Assembly (NCBI GenBank): GCA_023150875.1
Contig: JAKLKC010000015.1
Coordinates: 21,953 to 85,952 of the forward strand
Length of the DNA stretch: 64,000 bases
Source of the DNA: Myxococcota bacterium
GTDB lineage: Bacteria; Myxococcota_A; UBA796; UBA9615; JAKLKC01
Reading direction: 5' to 3'
Position 1 is the first letter of the stretch. Every line of letters begins with the position of its first letter. Below the pieces are notes generated by a model. That model did no database searches and was not told where the DNA came from. It was given only the letters and a program-made list of their open reading frames with translations. Below, piece after piece: positions 35,742 through 44,640 of the stretch. A program made the translations under genes and the position numbers.

Positions 35742-36859
35742 GCTCCCCCCGCGCCGAGGCGGTGCTGCGGGTGGATCTCGGGGATCGCGCCTACCCCATC
35801 ACCATCGCCGCCGGAGGGCTGGGTGGCCTCGGGGGGGTGGTGGCGCCCCTGGCGGGTGGCCGGCGGGTAGGTGTCGTCACGGATGCCCGGGTCGATCGCC
35901 TGTACGGCGAAGAGGTGCGCTCGTCCCTGGCCAGGGCGGGCCTCGACCCCGAGTGGGTGGTGGTGCCGGAAGGGGAGGGGAGCAAGTCGCTGGACACCGT
36001 CTCGGAGGTTCTCGACCGCCTGCTGGCGGCGAGGCTCGAGCGGAGCTCCCCCATCGTGGCCCTGGGGGGAGGGGTGGTGGGGGACCTCGGTGGGTTCGTC
36101 GCCTCGATCCTCCTGCGGGGGGTCCCCTACGTGCAGGTGCCCACCACGCTGCTCGCCCAGGTGGACAGCAGCGTCGGGGGCAAGACCGGGGTCAACAGCC
36201 GCCACGGCAAGAACCTGGTGGGCGCCTTCTATCAGCCCCGCGCGGTCTACGCGGCGGTGGGCACGCTGCTCACGCTGGAGGACAGGGATCTGCGGGCCGG
36301 ACTCGCGGAAGTGGTAAAGTACGGAGTCATCGCCGACGCCGACCTCTTCGACTGGGTCGAGGAGCACGCGGAGGCGCTGATCCGGCGGGACACCTCGTGC
36401 CTCCTGCACGTGGTGAGGAGGTCGTGCGAGATCAAGGCGGACATCGTCGCGCGGGACGAGCGGGAGTCCGGGGTCAGGAGCCTCCTGAACTTCGGCCACA
36501 CCGCGGGCCACGCCGTCGAGGCCGTGACCGGTTACGGGACGGTCCGCCATGGCGAGGCGGTCGCCATGGGGATGGTGTTCGCAGCCCGTCTCTCCCGGGA
36601 GTGGGGTCTGGCATCGGACGACGACGTGGAGCGGTTGATGGCCCTGATGGGGCGGCTCGGACTGCCCGTGGAGATCGGCGCCGTGGAGCGGGAGGCGTTC
36701 CTGTCGGCCATGGCGGGGGACAAGAAGGTCTCCGGCGGTGCCCTGAAGTTCGTGGTCATGCGGGGGATCGGCCGCGCCGAACCGCGGTCGGTGGCGGTCG
36801 ATGCCCTTCCCGAGACGATGGAGTCGGCCGTGCGCCGTGGGTTGCTTGCCTGGGCGTGA
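35738..36859 (+). CDS. aroB: 3-dehydroquinate synthase
   Basis: GEGSKS, ALGGGVVGDLGGF, PTTLLAQVDSSVGGKTG, LNFGHTAGHAVE. Confidence 0.97.
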   Translation: MSSPRAEAVLRVDLGDRAYPITIAAGGLGGLGGVVAPLAGGRRVGVVTDARVDRLYGEEVRSSLARAGLDPEWVVVPEGEGSKSLDTVSEVLDRLLAARLERSSPIVALGGGVVGDLGGFVASILLRGVPYVQVPTTLLAQVDSSVGGKTGVNSRHGKNLVGAFYQPRAVYAAVGTLLTLEDRDLRAGLAEVVKYGVIADADLFDWVEEHAEALIRRDTSCLLHVVRRSCEIKADIVARDERESGVRSLLNFGHTAGHAVEAVTGYGTVRHGEAVAMGMVFAARLSREWGLASDDDVERLMALMGRLGLPVEIGAVEREAFLSAMAGDKKVSGGALKFVVMRGIGRAEPRSVAVDALPETMESAVRRGLLAWA

Positions 36860-36881
36860 AGGTCCGGGTCAGGAGGTCAGG

Positions 36882-37466
36882 ATGAGAGTGCAGGTTTCGC
36901 AGGCCGTGGCGCTGGCGGCCACCCTCCTCGCGTCGTGCACGGGGCACTGGCCCGCCCCGCCCTCGGCGGAGCTGACGGTGCCGGAGGGCATCGAGGTCGG
37001 GTGGGACCCGTACCAGGGCGGGGACCCTGACCACTACAACCTCCTGTACCCCCTGTCCGTATCGGTCAAGGACGGAGAGGGCGGGTACGCCCTGAACAGC
37101 ATCGAGGTGGACTTCTTCAGCGTGTCCTCCGGGATCTACCTGCTGCCGGAGTCGGTGATCCGCATCGCCGTGCCCGAGGGCGAGGACGGATCGGACCTGC
37201 GGGAGGATCCCGAGAGCGGGTGGTTCGACGCCGATCCCGATGACGGCTATCCCTACGCGGAGTTCATCGGGGAGTTCGAGGACGACTACCGCCCCACCTA
37301 CTACCAGGGCGTGACCGACTCCAGCGGTGTCGCCCGGGTGTGGCTCTGGATCGAGGACATGCCGGTGTCCCAGGATGACGACGGGGAGCTCAGCGTGGAG
37401 GACACGTCCGTCCTGATCGACATCGGGGTGGAGCAGGGCGAGTTCCTCATCACGGCCGCGGGCTGA
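36882..37466 (+). CDS. Putative acidic lipoprotein (hypothetical)
   Basis: ATG with AGGAGG RBS, lipobox LLASC, beta-rich acidic sequence. Confidence 0.7.
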   Translation: MRVQVSQAVALAATLLASCTGHWPAPPSAELTVPEGIEVGWDPYQGGDPDHYNLLYPLSVSVKDGEGGYALNSIEVDFFSVSSGIYLLPESVIRIAVPEGEDGSDLREDPESGWFDADPDDGYPYAEFIGEFEDDYRPTYYQGVTDSSGVARVWLWIEDMPVSQDDDGELSVEDTSVLIDIGVEQGEFLITAAG

Positions 37467-37561
37467 GCGGCTTCAGCCGCCGCGGCCCGTGCCGGCCCCG
37501 GGCGGAGCGGGCCCCCGCCGGCCCGCCGACCTCGTCTCCTCCCCGATCCGGGAAGCCCTCG

Positions 37562-38176
37562 ATGACCCACTCCTCCCCACCGCTCACCCGCCGCTGGGCC
37601 GAGCTGGACGGCGCGGGGGAGGGCTCCGTCCTCTTCGCCCCGCGCGCCGAGCGCTTGCTGGCGGAGGGGGATGCGCCCGGGGCGATGCGGATCGTCGAGG
37701 CGGGCCTGCGGGCGTTCCCCGGCCACCCCGGCGGGGAGCGGGTCCTGGCAAGGGCGCTGCTCGCCACGGGGGGCCGCGAGGAGGCCGCCCGCGCGCTGCG
37801 CCTGTTCCGGGGGATCGCCGAGCGGCGCCCCGAGCGGGTCGCCTCCTGGGTCGATCTGGCGGAGGCCGCGGGTCGCTTGGGGGACCGGACGACGGAGCGC
37901 GCCGCTTGGGACCGGGCCCGCGCGCTGGGGGCGCCTCCGCCGAGGGCGTCCGCCTCGCCCGCCGGCCCGCCGCCCGCGGAGCCGGCCCTGGAGCCGTCTC
38001 GCCCCGAAGGGGGAGCCGACGCGGACCCCTTCGAGACCGCGACGATGGCCGAGCTGCTGCTGGCGCAGGGGCACCGCGACGAGGCCCTGGAGATGCTGCG
38101 GCGCCTCGTCGCCCGGGACCCCGGTGACGAGGCGCCGAGGGCGCTGCTCCAGGCCGCCGAGGAGGCGAAAGAATGA
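37562..38176 (+). CDS. TPR-repeat protein
   Basis: FAPRAERLL...A...G, TATMAELLLAQGHRDEAL...RDP; typical of the aroB-aroQ-accBC region in deltaproteobacteria. Confidence 0.8.
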   Translation: MTHSSPPLTRRWAELDGAGEGSVLFAPRAERLLAEGDAPGAMRIVEAGLRAFPGHPGGERVLARALLATGGREEAARALRLFRGIAERRPERVASWVDLAEAAGRLGDRTTERAAWDRARALGAPPPRASASPAGPPPAEPALEPSRPEGGADADPFETATMAELLLAQGHRDEALEMLRRLVARDPGDEAPRALLQAAEEAKE

Positions 38177-38634
38177 CGGGGCGCCCCCGGGTCCTGGTGC
38201 TCCACGGGCCGAACCTCGACCGCCTCGGCAAGAGGGAGCCCGCGGTCTACGGGGCGACCACCCTCGCCGAGATCGACGCCTCCCTCGTGGAGCTGGGGGG
38301 CGAACTCGGGGTGGAGGTTGCGTCCTTCCAGTCCGCCCACGAGGGGGCGCTGATCGAGAGGATCCACCGGGCGGAGGACGAGGGCGCCGCAGGAGTGGTG
38401 TTCAACCCCGGCGCCTACACCCACACCAGCATCGCCCTGCGGGACGCGATTGCCGCGTGCGCGCTGCCTGTGATAGAAGTGCACCTCTCGAACGTCGCCG
38501 CCCGAGAACCCTTCCGACACCATTCCCACATCGCCCCCGTCGCCGTGGGGACCATCGCGGGGTTCGGACCCGAGAGCTATCGGCTCGGCCTGCGAGCGCT
38601 GGTGGGGTACCTGGCGCGAGCCCGGCGCACCTGA
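38173..38634 (+). CDS. aroQ: Type II 3-dehydroquinate dehydratase
   Basis: VLHGPNLDRLGKREPAVYG, NPGAYTHTSIALRDA, EVHLSN, REPFRHHS. Confidence 0.97.
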   Translation: MTGRPRVLVLHGPNLDRLGKREPAVYGATTLAEIDASLVELGGELGVEVASFQSAHEGALIERIHRAEDEGAAGVVFNPGAYTHTSIALRDAIAACALPVIEVHLSNVAAREPFRHHSHIAPVAVGTIAGFGPESYRLGLRALVGYLARARRT

Positions 38635-38684
38635 CGCGGCGGCGGCCCCAGGCGGACCCGGCGCCCCTCCCTCCGCGGAGCACC

Positions 38685-39164
38685 ATGGACCTCAAAGAGA
38701 TCAGCGAGATTCTCCGCATGCTCCGCCGGTCGGACGTCGCGGAGTTCGAGTTGGAGCGGGGCGGCACGGTCCTGCGGGTGAGGCGGGCCCTGGGCGTCGC
38801 TCCGGGGGTGGCCGGGGTGGTCGCCCCCGCGCCCGCGCCCATCGCGCCCGCCGTGGCTCCCCCGCCGCCGGCCTCGGGACTGGCGGCCCCCACCGCCGAC
38901 CACCGCCCCGCCGCCGAGCCCGAGGGGGCCATCGTGACCTCCCCCTTCGTCGGGACCTTCTATCGGTCTCCGGCGCCGGACGCGCCGGCCTACGTCGACG
39001 TCGGCAGCGCCGTGAGGAAGGGCCAGGTCCTCTGCATCGTGGAGGCGATGAAGCTGATGAACGAGATCGAGTCGGAGGTCGACGGCCGGGTGGCCCGGAT
39101 CTACGCCGAGAACGCCCAGCCCGTCGAGTACGGCGCCCCCCTCTTCCTCGTCGTCCCGACCTGA
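38685..39164 (+). CDS. accB: Acetyl-CoA carboxylase biotin carboxyl carrier protein
   Basis: MDLKEI, SPFVGTFYRSP, EAMKLMNEIE. Confidence 0.97.
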   Translation: MDLKEISEILRMLRRSDVAEFELERGGTVLRVRRALGVAPGVAGVVAPAPAPIAPAVAPPPPASGLAAPTADHRPAAEPEGAIVTSPFVGTFYRSPAPDAPAYVDVGSAVRKGQVLCIVEAMKLMNEIESEVDGRVARIYAENAQPVEYGAPLFLVVPT

Positions 39165-39181
39165 TCGGACCGTCGCCCCCG

Positions 39182-40570
39182 ATGTTCAAGAAGGTCCTCA
39201 TCGCGAACCGCGGAGAGATCGCCCTGCGGGTCGTGCGGGCATGCCGCGATCTGGGCATCCGCACCGTGGCGGTGCACTCCACGGCGGACCGGAACTCCCT
39301 CCACGTCCGGTTCGCCGACGAGAGCATCTGCATCGGCCCCCCCGCGGCCCGGGACAGCTACCTCAACATCCCCGCCATCATGAGCGCCGCCCACCTCACC
39401 GGGGCGGACGCGGTCCATCCCGGCTACGGATTCCTCAGCGAGAACGCGCGGTTCGCCGAGATCTGCGAGAGGAGCGGGATCCAGTTCATCGGCCCGACCT
39501 CCGAGTCCATCGCCCTGATGGGCAACAAAGTGGCGGCCAAGAGGGCGGCGGCGGCGGCGAAGGTCCCCCTGGTGCCGGGTTCGCCCGGGCCGGTGTCCAG
39601 CGCCGAGGAGGCGGAGGCCATCGCCGAGCACGTCGGCTACCCCGTGCTCCTGAAGGCGTCGGCGGGCGGCGGAGGGAAGGGCATGAAGGTGGTGCGGGAG
39701 CGCTCCGAGCTCCGCGCGGCCTTCCAGGTGGCCCGGGGCGAGGCCCTGGCCGCCTTCGGCGACGGCTCGATGTACCTCGAGAAGTACTTCGTCCGCCCCC
39801 GCCACGTCGAGATCCAGGTCTTCGCCGACCACCACGGGAAGGTGGTCCACCTGGGCGAGCGGGAGTGTTCGATGCAGCGGCGCCACCAGAAGGTCCTGGA
39901 GGAGGCCCCCTCGGTGTCGGTGGACAAGGGGCTCCGGGACCGGATGGGCGCGGCCGCCATCGAGCTGTGCCGGAACGTGGGTTACCGCAACGCCGGGACC
40001 GTGGAGTTCCTTCTGGCCCCGGACGGCGGCTTCTACTTCATCGAGATGAACACCCGGATCCAGGTGGAGCACGCCGTCACCGAGGCCGTGACCGGCCTGG
40101 ACCTGGTGCAGATGCAGCTCCGGGTCGCCGCGGGCGAGAAGCTCCCCGTCTCCCAGAGGGACGTGCGGATCCACGGCCACGCCATCGAGTGCAGGGTCAA
40201 CGCCGAGGACCCCATCCGGTTCTCACCCTCCCCGGGAAGGATCGTCGGCTATCACGAGCCTGGGGGCTTCGGCGTCCGGGTGGACAGCTTCGTGCACGAC
40301 CAGGCCCACGTGCTGCCCCACTACGACTCCCTCGTCGCCAAGCTGGTGGTGTGGGGCGAGACCCGCGAGGAGGCGATCCGGAGGATGCGCCGGGCCCTCC
40401 ACGAGTACGTGATCGAGGGGATCCAGACCACCATCCCCTTCCACCTGCGCCTGCTGTCCGACCCCGAGTACGTCGCCAACCAGGTCCACACGCGGTTTCT
40501 CGACAAGTACCTCCCCGCGCCGGCTCCGGCGGACTCCGCCGTGTCCGGTCCTCCCGGAGGGGCGAGGTAG
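39182..40570 (+). CDS. accC: Acetyl-CoA carboxylase biotin carboxylase
   Basis: KKVLIANRGEIA, HPGYGFLSEN, KASAGGGGKGM, FIEMNTRIQVEH. Confidence 0.98.
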   Translation: MFKKVLIANRGEIALRVVRACRDLGIRTVAVHSTADRNSLHVRFADESICIGPPAARDSYLNIPAIMSAAHLTGADAVHPGYGFLSENARFAEICERSGIQFIGPTSESIALMGNKVAAKRAAAAAKVPLVPGSPGPVSSAEEAEAIAEHVGYPVLLKASAGGGGKGMKVVRERSELRAAFQVARGEALAAFGDGSMYLEKYFVRPRHVEIQVFADHHGKVVHLGERECSMQRRHQKVLEEAPSVSVDKGLRDRMGAAAIELCRNVGYRNAGTVEFLLAPDGGFYFIEMNTRIQVEHAVTEAVTGLDLVQMQLRVAAGEKLPVSQRDVRIHGHAIECRVNAEDPIRFSPSPGRIVGYHEPGGFGVRVDSFVHDQAHVLPHYDSLVAKLVVWGETREEAIRRMRRALHEYVIEGIQTTIPFHLRLLSDPEYVANQVHTRFLDKYLPAPAPADSAVSGPPGGAR

Positions 40571-40576
40571 CCCCCC

Positions 40577-41287
40577 ATGGGCCCCGCGCCTCTCGCCCTT
40601 TCCCTGGGCGCCCCGGCCGGGCGGGGGACCTTCGTGGTGATCGAGGGCATCGACGGGTGCGGGTCCACCACCCAGGCCCAGCGGTTGAGGACGTGGATCG
40701 AGTCCCGGGGGGGACGGGCCTTCGTCACCCACGAGCCCACCCAGGGCCCCGTCGGGATGCTCATCCGCCTCGCCCTCCAGGGCCGCCTGATGGGCGCCTC
40801 CTACGCCGTGCACAACGCCGCCGACGCCGCCGCCGTCACCGCCGCGGCGGGCCCCCTGGACGAGCGCACCCTCGCCCTCCTCTTCGCCGCCGACCGCGTC
40901 GACCACGTCCAGACCGAGGTCCGCCCCCAGCTCGCCGCCGGGGCCCACGTCGTCAGCGACCGCTACCTCCTCTCCAGCCTCGCCTACCAGGGGGATCGCC
41001 TGCCCCTGGACTGGGTGCGCTCGATCAACGCCGGAGCCCCCCCGGCGGACCTCACGGTGTACCTGGACGTCGACCTCGACGCGGCCCTCGCCCGTCTCCG
41101 TGCCTCCCGCTGGTCCCGGGAACTGACGGAGGAGGCGGGCCTGCTCTCGCGGGTCCTGGACCGGTACCGCAGCCTGGCCGCTTCGGGGGATCCCGCCCTC
41201 GGCCCGGTGAGGGTGGTGGACGGTCGCGGATCCCCGGACGAGGTCCACGCGGCGGTCGTCGCCCACGTCTTCCCCCTGCTGATCTGA
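40577..41287 (+). CDS. tmk: Thymidylate kinase
   Basis: FVVIEGIDGCGSTTQ, EPT, LLFAADR, VSDRYLLSSLAYQG, PADLTVYLDV. Confidence 0.9.
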   Translation: MGPAPLALSLGAPAGRGTFVVIEGIDGCGSTTQAQRLRTWIESRGGRAFVTHEPTQGPVGMLIRLALQGRLMGASYAVHNAADAAAVTAAAGPLDERTLALLFAADRVDHVQTEVRPQLAAGAHVVSDRYLLSSLAYQGDRLPLDWVRSINAGAPPADLTVYLDVDLDAALARLRASRWSRELTEEAGLLSRVLDRYRSLAASGDPALGPVRVVDGRGSPDEVHAAVVAHVFPLLI

Positions 41288-41359
41288 CGGCGTGAAGGCG
41301 TCCGGGGCGGGAGGCGGCGCTTTGAGAGCCCACCGGATCCGGCTATAACGGATCTCGGA

Positions 41360-42916
41360 ATGCGGTTCTGGAAGGGCACATCGGCGGGCGCGGAGGCGGT
41401 CTCCCGCGCCCCGGAAGCGGGCTCCTCGCCTGGGCCCGGGAGGGACGTCGCCGTCCGGGCCCTGGGAGTGGGCAAGCGGTTCGACATCTATCCCAACGAC
41501 CGCGCCCGGGTGATCGAGTTCTTCGGCAACCGCCGCCGGCACCGGGAGTTCTGGGCGCTGAAGGACGTCAGCTTCGAGGTGCCCAAGGGGAGCTCCTTCG
41601 GGGTGATCGGCTCCAACGGAGCGGGCAAGTCCACCCTGCTCCGCCTGCTGTCGGGGGTGAGCCGCCCCACCGAGGGGCGCGTCGACGTCGGGGCGCGCAT
41701 GTCGGGCCTCCTGGACCTCGGCCTCGGCTTCCACCGGGACTTCACCGGCCGCGAGAACATCTTCCTCAACTGCGCCCTCCTCGGCCTCACCGAGGAGGAG
41801 ACCCGCGACCGCGTCCCCCGGATCGTCGAGTTCGCCGAGCTGGAGGAGTTCATCGACTACCCGGTGCGAACCTACTCGGCGGGCATGAACCTGCGGCTGG
41901 GCTTTGCCATCGCCTGCCACGTCGACTACGACGTCTTCCTGATCGACGAGGTGCTCGCGGTGGGCGACCAGTACTTCCAGCGCAAGTGCGTCCGGAAGAT
42001 CGAGGAGTTCATCGCCGCGGGCCGCACCCTGGTGCTGGTGTCCCACGACCTGCACGCCGTCCGCTCCCTGTGCGAGCAGGCGATCTGGCTCCATGCCGGC
42101 CGCGTGGTGGGCAGGGGCGCCGCCGACGACGTGGTGCGGGCCTACATCGACGTCGCCCGGGACCGGGAGGACCGCGTCCGGGCCCGCCTCTTCGCCGGAG
42201 CGAACAGCGCCGATTCCCATCGCATGGCGGAGGAGGGGAGCCGGTCCCTCGCCCTGGTGAGGACCGCGGACGCCGACGGCGGCGAGCCCGAAGATCCGGC
42301 CGCGGCGGGGCCCAGTGTGGAATACCGCTCCACCCTCCCTTCCCTCCAGCTCCGGGAGGCGGTGATCCGGGCGACGACGCTGGAGGACGCCCAGGGGGTC
42401 TACGCCGAACGGGAGGAGGTGACCGGCTACGACGAGCACCACCGGGAGAGGCCCCTGGTCACGGGCACGGGGGAGGTCCGCATCCTCGCGGTCCGCGTCC
42501 TGGATGCCGAGGGGCGCGAGGTGCGGAGCGTCCACACCTTCGACGCCCTCACCGTCGCCGTCACCTTCAAGACCCGCGTGCCGGTGGAGCGACCGGTCCT
42601 CGGCGTCGCCCTCTTCCGGAACGACGACGTGTACGTCTTCGGACCGAACACGCGGTTCGACGCCGTCGAGAGACTGGATGGCGTCTACGACGGGGTGTAT
42701 ACCTACTTCATCCACTATCCACGGCTGACCCTGCTCGCCGGGACCTACTTCATCTCCGTCGCCGCCTACGACAAGAACCACCTCAAGCCCCACGTCTGGC
42801 ACAACCAGCTCTACGAGGTCCGGGTCGATACCGACCGGCCGGACCACGGGCTCGTGCACCTCGATCACCATTGGGGGCTGGTCATCCACGCGCGGGGCGA
42901 GGGCGAGCGTCTCTGA
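41360..42916 (+). CDS. wzt: Polysaccharide-export ABC transporter ATP-binding protein (Wzt/RfbB) with C-terminal Wzt_C domain
   Basis: FWALKDVSF, GSNGAGKSTLL, TGRENI, YSAGMNLRLGFA, IDEVLAVGD, GTGEVRI...LLAGTY. Confidence 0.92.
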   Translation: MRFWKGTSAGAEAVSRAPEAGSSPGPGRDVAVRALGVGKRFDIYPNDRARVIEFFGNRRRHREFWALKDVSFEVPKGSSFGVIGSNGAGKSTLLRLLSGVSRPTEGRVDVGARMSGLLDLGLGFHRDFTGRENIFLNCALLGLTEEETRDRVPRIVEFAELEEFIDYPVRTYSAGMNLRLGFAIACHVDYDVFLIDEVLAVGDQYFQRKCVRKIEEFIAAGRTLVLVSHDLHAVRSLCEQAIWLHAGRVVGRGAADDVVRAYIDVARDREDRVRARLFAGANSADSHRMAEEGSRSLALVRTADADGGEPEDPAAAGPSVEYRSTLPSLQLREAVIRATTLEDAQGVYAEREEVTGYDEHHRERPLVTGTGEVRILAVRVLDAEGREVRSVHTFDALTVAVTFKTRVPVERPVLGVALFRNDDVYVFGPNTRFDAVERLDGVYDGVYTYFIHYPRLTLLAGTYFISVAAYDKNHLKPHVWHNQLYEVRVDTDRPDHGLVHLDHHWGLVIHARGEGERL

Positions 42917-42967
42917 CGATGGGGCTCCGGTGACCTCCGCTCCCCAGCGCCGCCGGGCGCGCTCCCG

Positions 42968-44440
42968 ATGACCGCCCTGCCCGAGGGGAAGAGGGTCTTC
43001 CTCATCGGCACCGGCCCCCTCCCGTGCGACGACCCCTTCGACATGGGGTTCCCGGCGATGCGGACCTGGCAGGTGCTGGTCGCGCTGCTCCGGGACGGCC
43101 ACGAGGTCTTCCTCGCCTCGACGGTGCCCCGGGACGCGGGGCATCCCGGCGAGGCCCACGTCTCCATCGACGACGAGGGGAGGCGCCTCCGCTTCCACCG
43201 CGGTGTGGTCTACGCCGACGAGCCGGGACGGTTCCTGGCGCTCCGGGACCTCCGCCGGGACTTCGACCCCCACGTCACCGTCACCGCCGGCCCCTTCCTG
43301 CCCATGGGCGCCGGCCCCCGCGCCGCCGGAGACGAGCCCCTGTGGGTGGACGTGCCGGGGGATCCGATGTCCGAGGCCCAGGCCCGGGCGTTCCGCAAGG
43401 GGGACGCCGAGCCGGTGCACCGGTACCGCGAGATGTTCTCCTTCGCCCTGGCCCGGGGGGACCAATTCAGCGTGATCTCCCCGTCCCAGCGGGGCCTGCT
43501 GGTGGGCGCGCTGGGCCTGTCGGGGCGCCTCGGCGGCAGCGCGATGGGGCACGAGCTGGTCCACGTCATGCCCGCGTCGGTGGAGGGGATCTACCCGGCG
43601 GCGGGGGACACCCCCTTGTCGCCGGAGGAAGCGCCCGTCATCCCCCTGGACGAGCGGGACTTCGCCGTCCTGTTCTGCGGCGGCTACAACACCTGGCTCG
43701 ACACCGCCACCCTGGTCGACGGCCTGCTGCGGGCCATGGACCGGGACCCCCACGTCCGTTTCGTCTCCACCGGCGGCTCGGTGCGGGGGCACGAGGAGTC
43801 CACCTACCGGGCGGTGCGGGAGCGCGTCGCGCGATCGCGGCACCGGGACCGGTTCCACTTCCTGGGCTGGGTGCGGGCGAGGGCCCTGCCCGCGGTGTAC
43901 GACGCCTGCGACCTCGCCCTCAGCGTCGATCTCCCGTGCTACGAGGCGGAGTTCGGCACCCGGACCCGCGTGCTCGACGCGCTGGAGCAGGGGCTGCCGG
44001 TGGCGTCGACGGTCCTGTGCGACCTCACACGGGAGCTCCAGGGGGTGGCGACCTTCCACGCCCTGCCGTTCCAGGATCCCGGCGCCGTCGCCGACGTCGT
44101 GGTCTCCCTGGCGGAGCGGAAGCGGCAGCGCCTCGACGAGCGCGTCAACCGCCCTCCCTCCGCCGAGGGCGCCCGACCCGGCCGCGAGCCCCGCCCCCAC
44201 GGGATCCCCTGGGCCGCCCACCGGGAGCGCCACTCCCTCGCCTCCACGACCCGCCCCCTGCGCCAGTGGGTCCGGGAACCGGAGCGGGCGGCGGCCGGCG
44301 TCCCCGTGGACTTCCTGGAGGACCAGTGGGCGGAGCTCGCCCGCCTCCAGGACCGCCTGGAGGAGGTCTGGAAGTCGCCGACGTGGCGCTACCTGGGCCG
44401 GCTGCACGCCTTCGTCAAGAAGGCGCGGGATGGGCGATGA
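42968..44440 (+). CDS. GT-B (family 4-like) glycosyltransferase
   Basis: LFCGGYNTWLD, FHFLGWV, EAEFGTRTRVLDALEQGLPVAST; C-terminal WKSPTWR tail typical of LPS glycosyltransferases. Confidence 0.8.
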   Translation: MTALPEGKRVFLIGTGPLPCDDPFDMGFPAMRTWQVLVALLRDGHEVFLASTVPRDAGHPGEAHVSIDDEGRRLRFHRGVVYADEPGRFLALRDLRRDFDPHVTVTAGPFLPMGAGPRAAGDEPLWVDVPGDPMSEAQARAFRKGDAEPVHRYREMFSFALARGDQFSVISPSQRGLLVGALGLSGRLGGSAMGHELVHVMPASVEGIYPAAGDTPLSPEEAPVIPLDERDFAVLFCGGYNTWLDTATLVDGLLRAMDRDPHVRFVSTGGSVRGHEESTYRAVRERVARSRHRDRFHFLGWVRARALPAVYDACDLALSVDLPCYEAEFGTRTRVLDALEQGLPVASTVLCDLTRELQGVATFHALPFQDPGAVADVVVSLAERKRQRLDERVNRPPSAEGARPGREPRPHGIPWAAHRERHSLASTTRPLRQWVREPERAAAGVPVDFLEDQWAELARLQDRLEEVWKSPTWRYLGRLHAFVKKARDGR

Positions 44441-44640
44441 CCGGCGGGGGGAGGGCCTCCCTTCCCCGGTATTCCCGTTTCCCGGGGCCCGGCGGCCGCG
44501 CCAGGGTCTTGACCTGCTGGCCCGCTTGTGGCATTAAACCCCACCGACGCGCGGAGGAAGGCGAGGCGTCCGGAACGGCCGGGCGGAGTCTTCCACGACG
44601 GTCCCCCGCGCGAGTCGCTCCGCGATGGAGGGTGGTGAAC

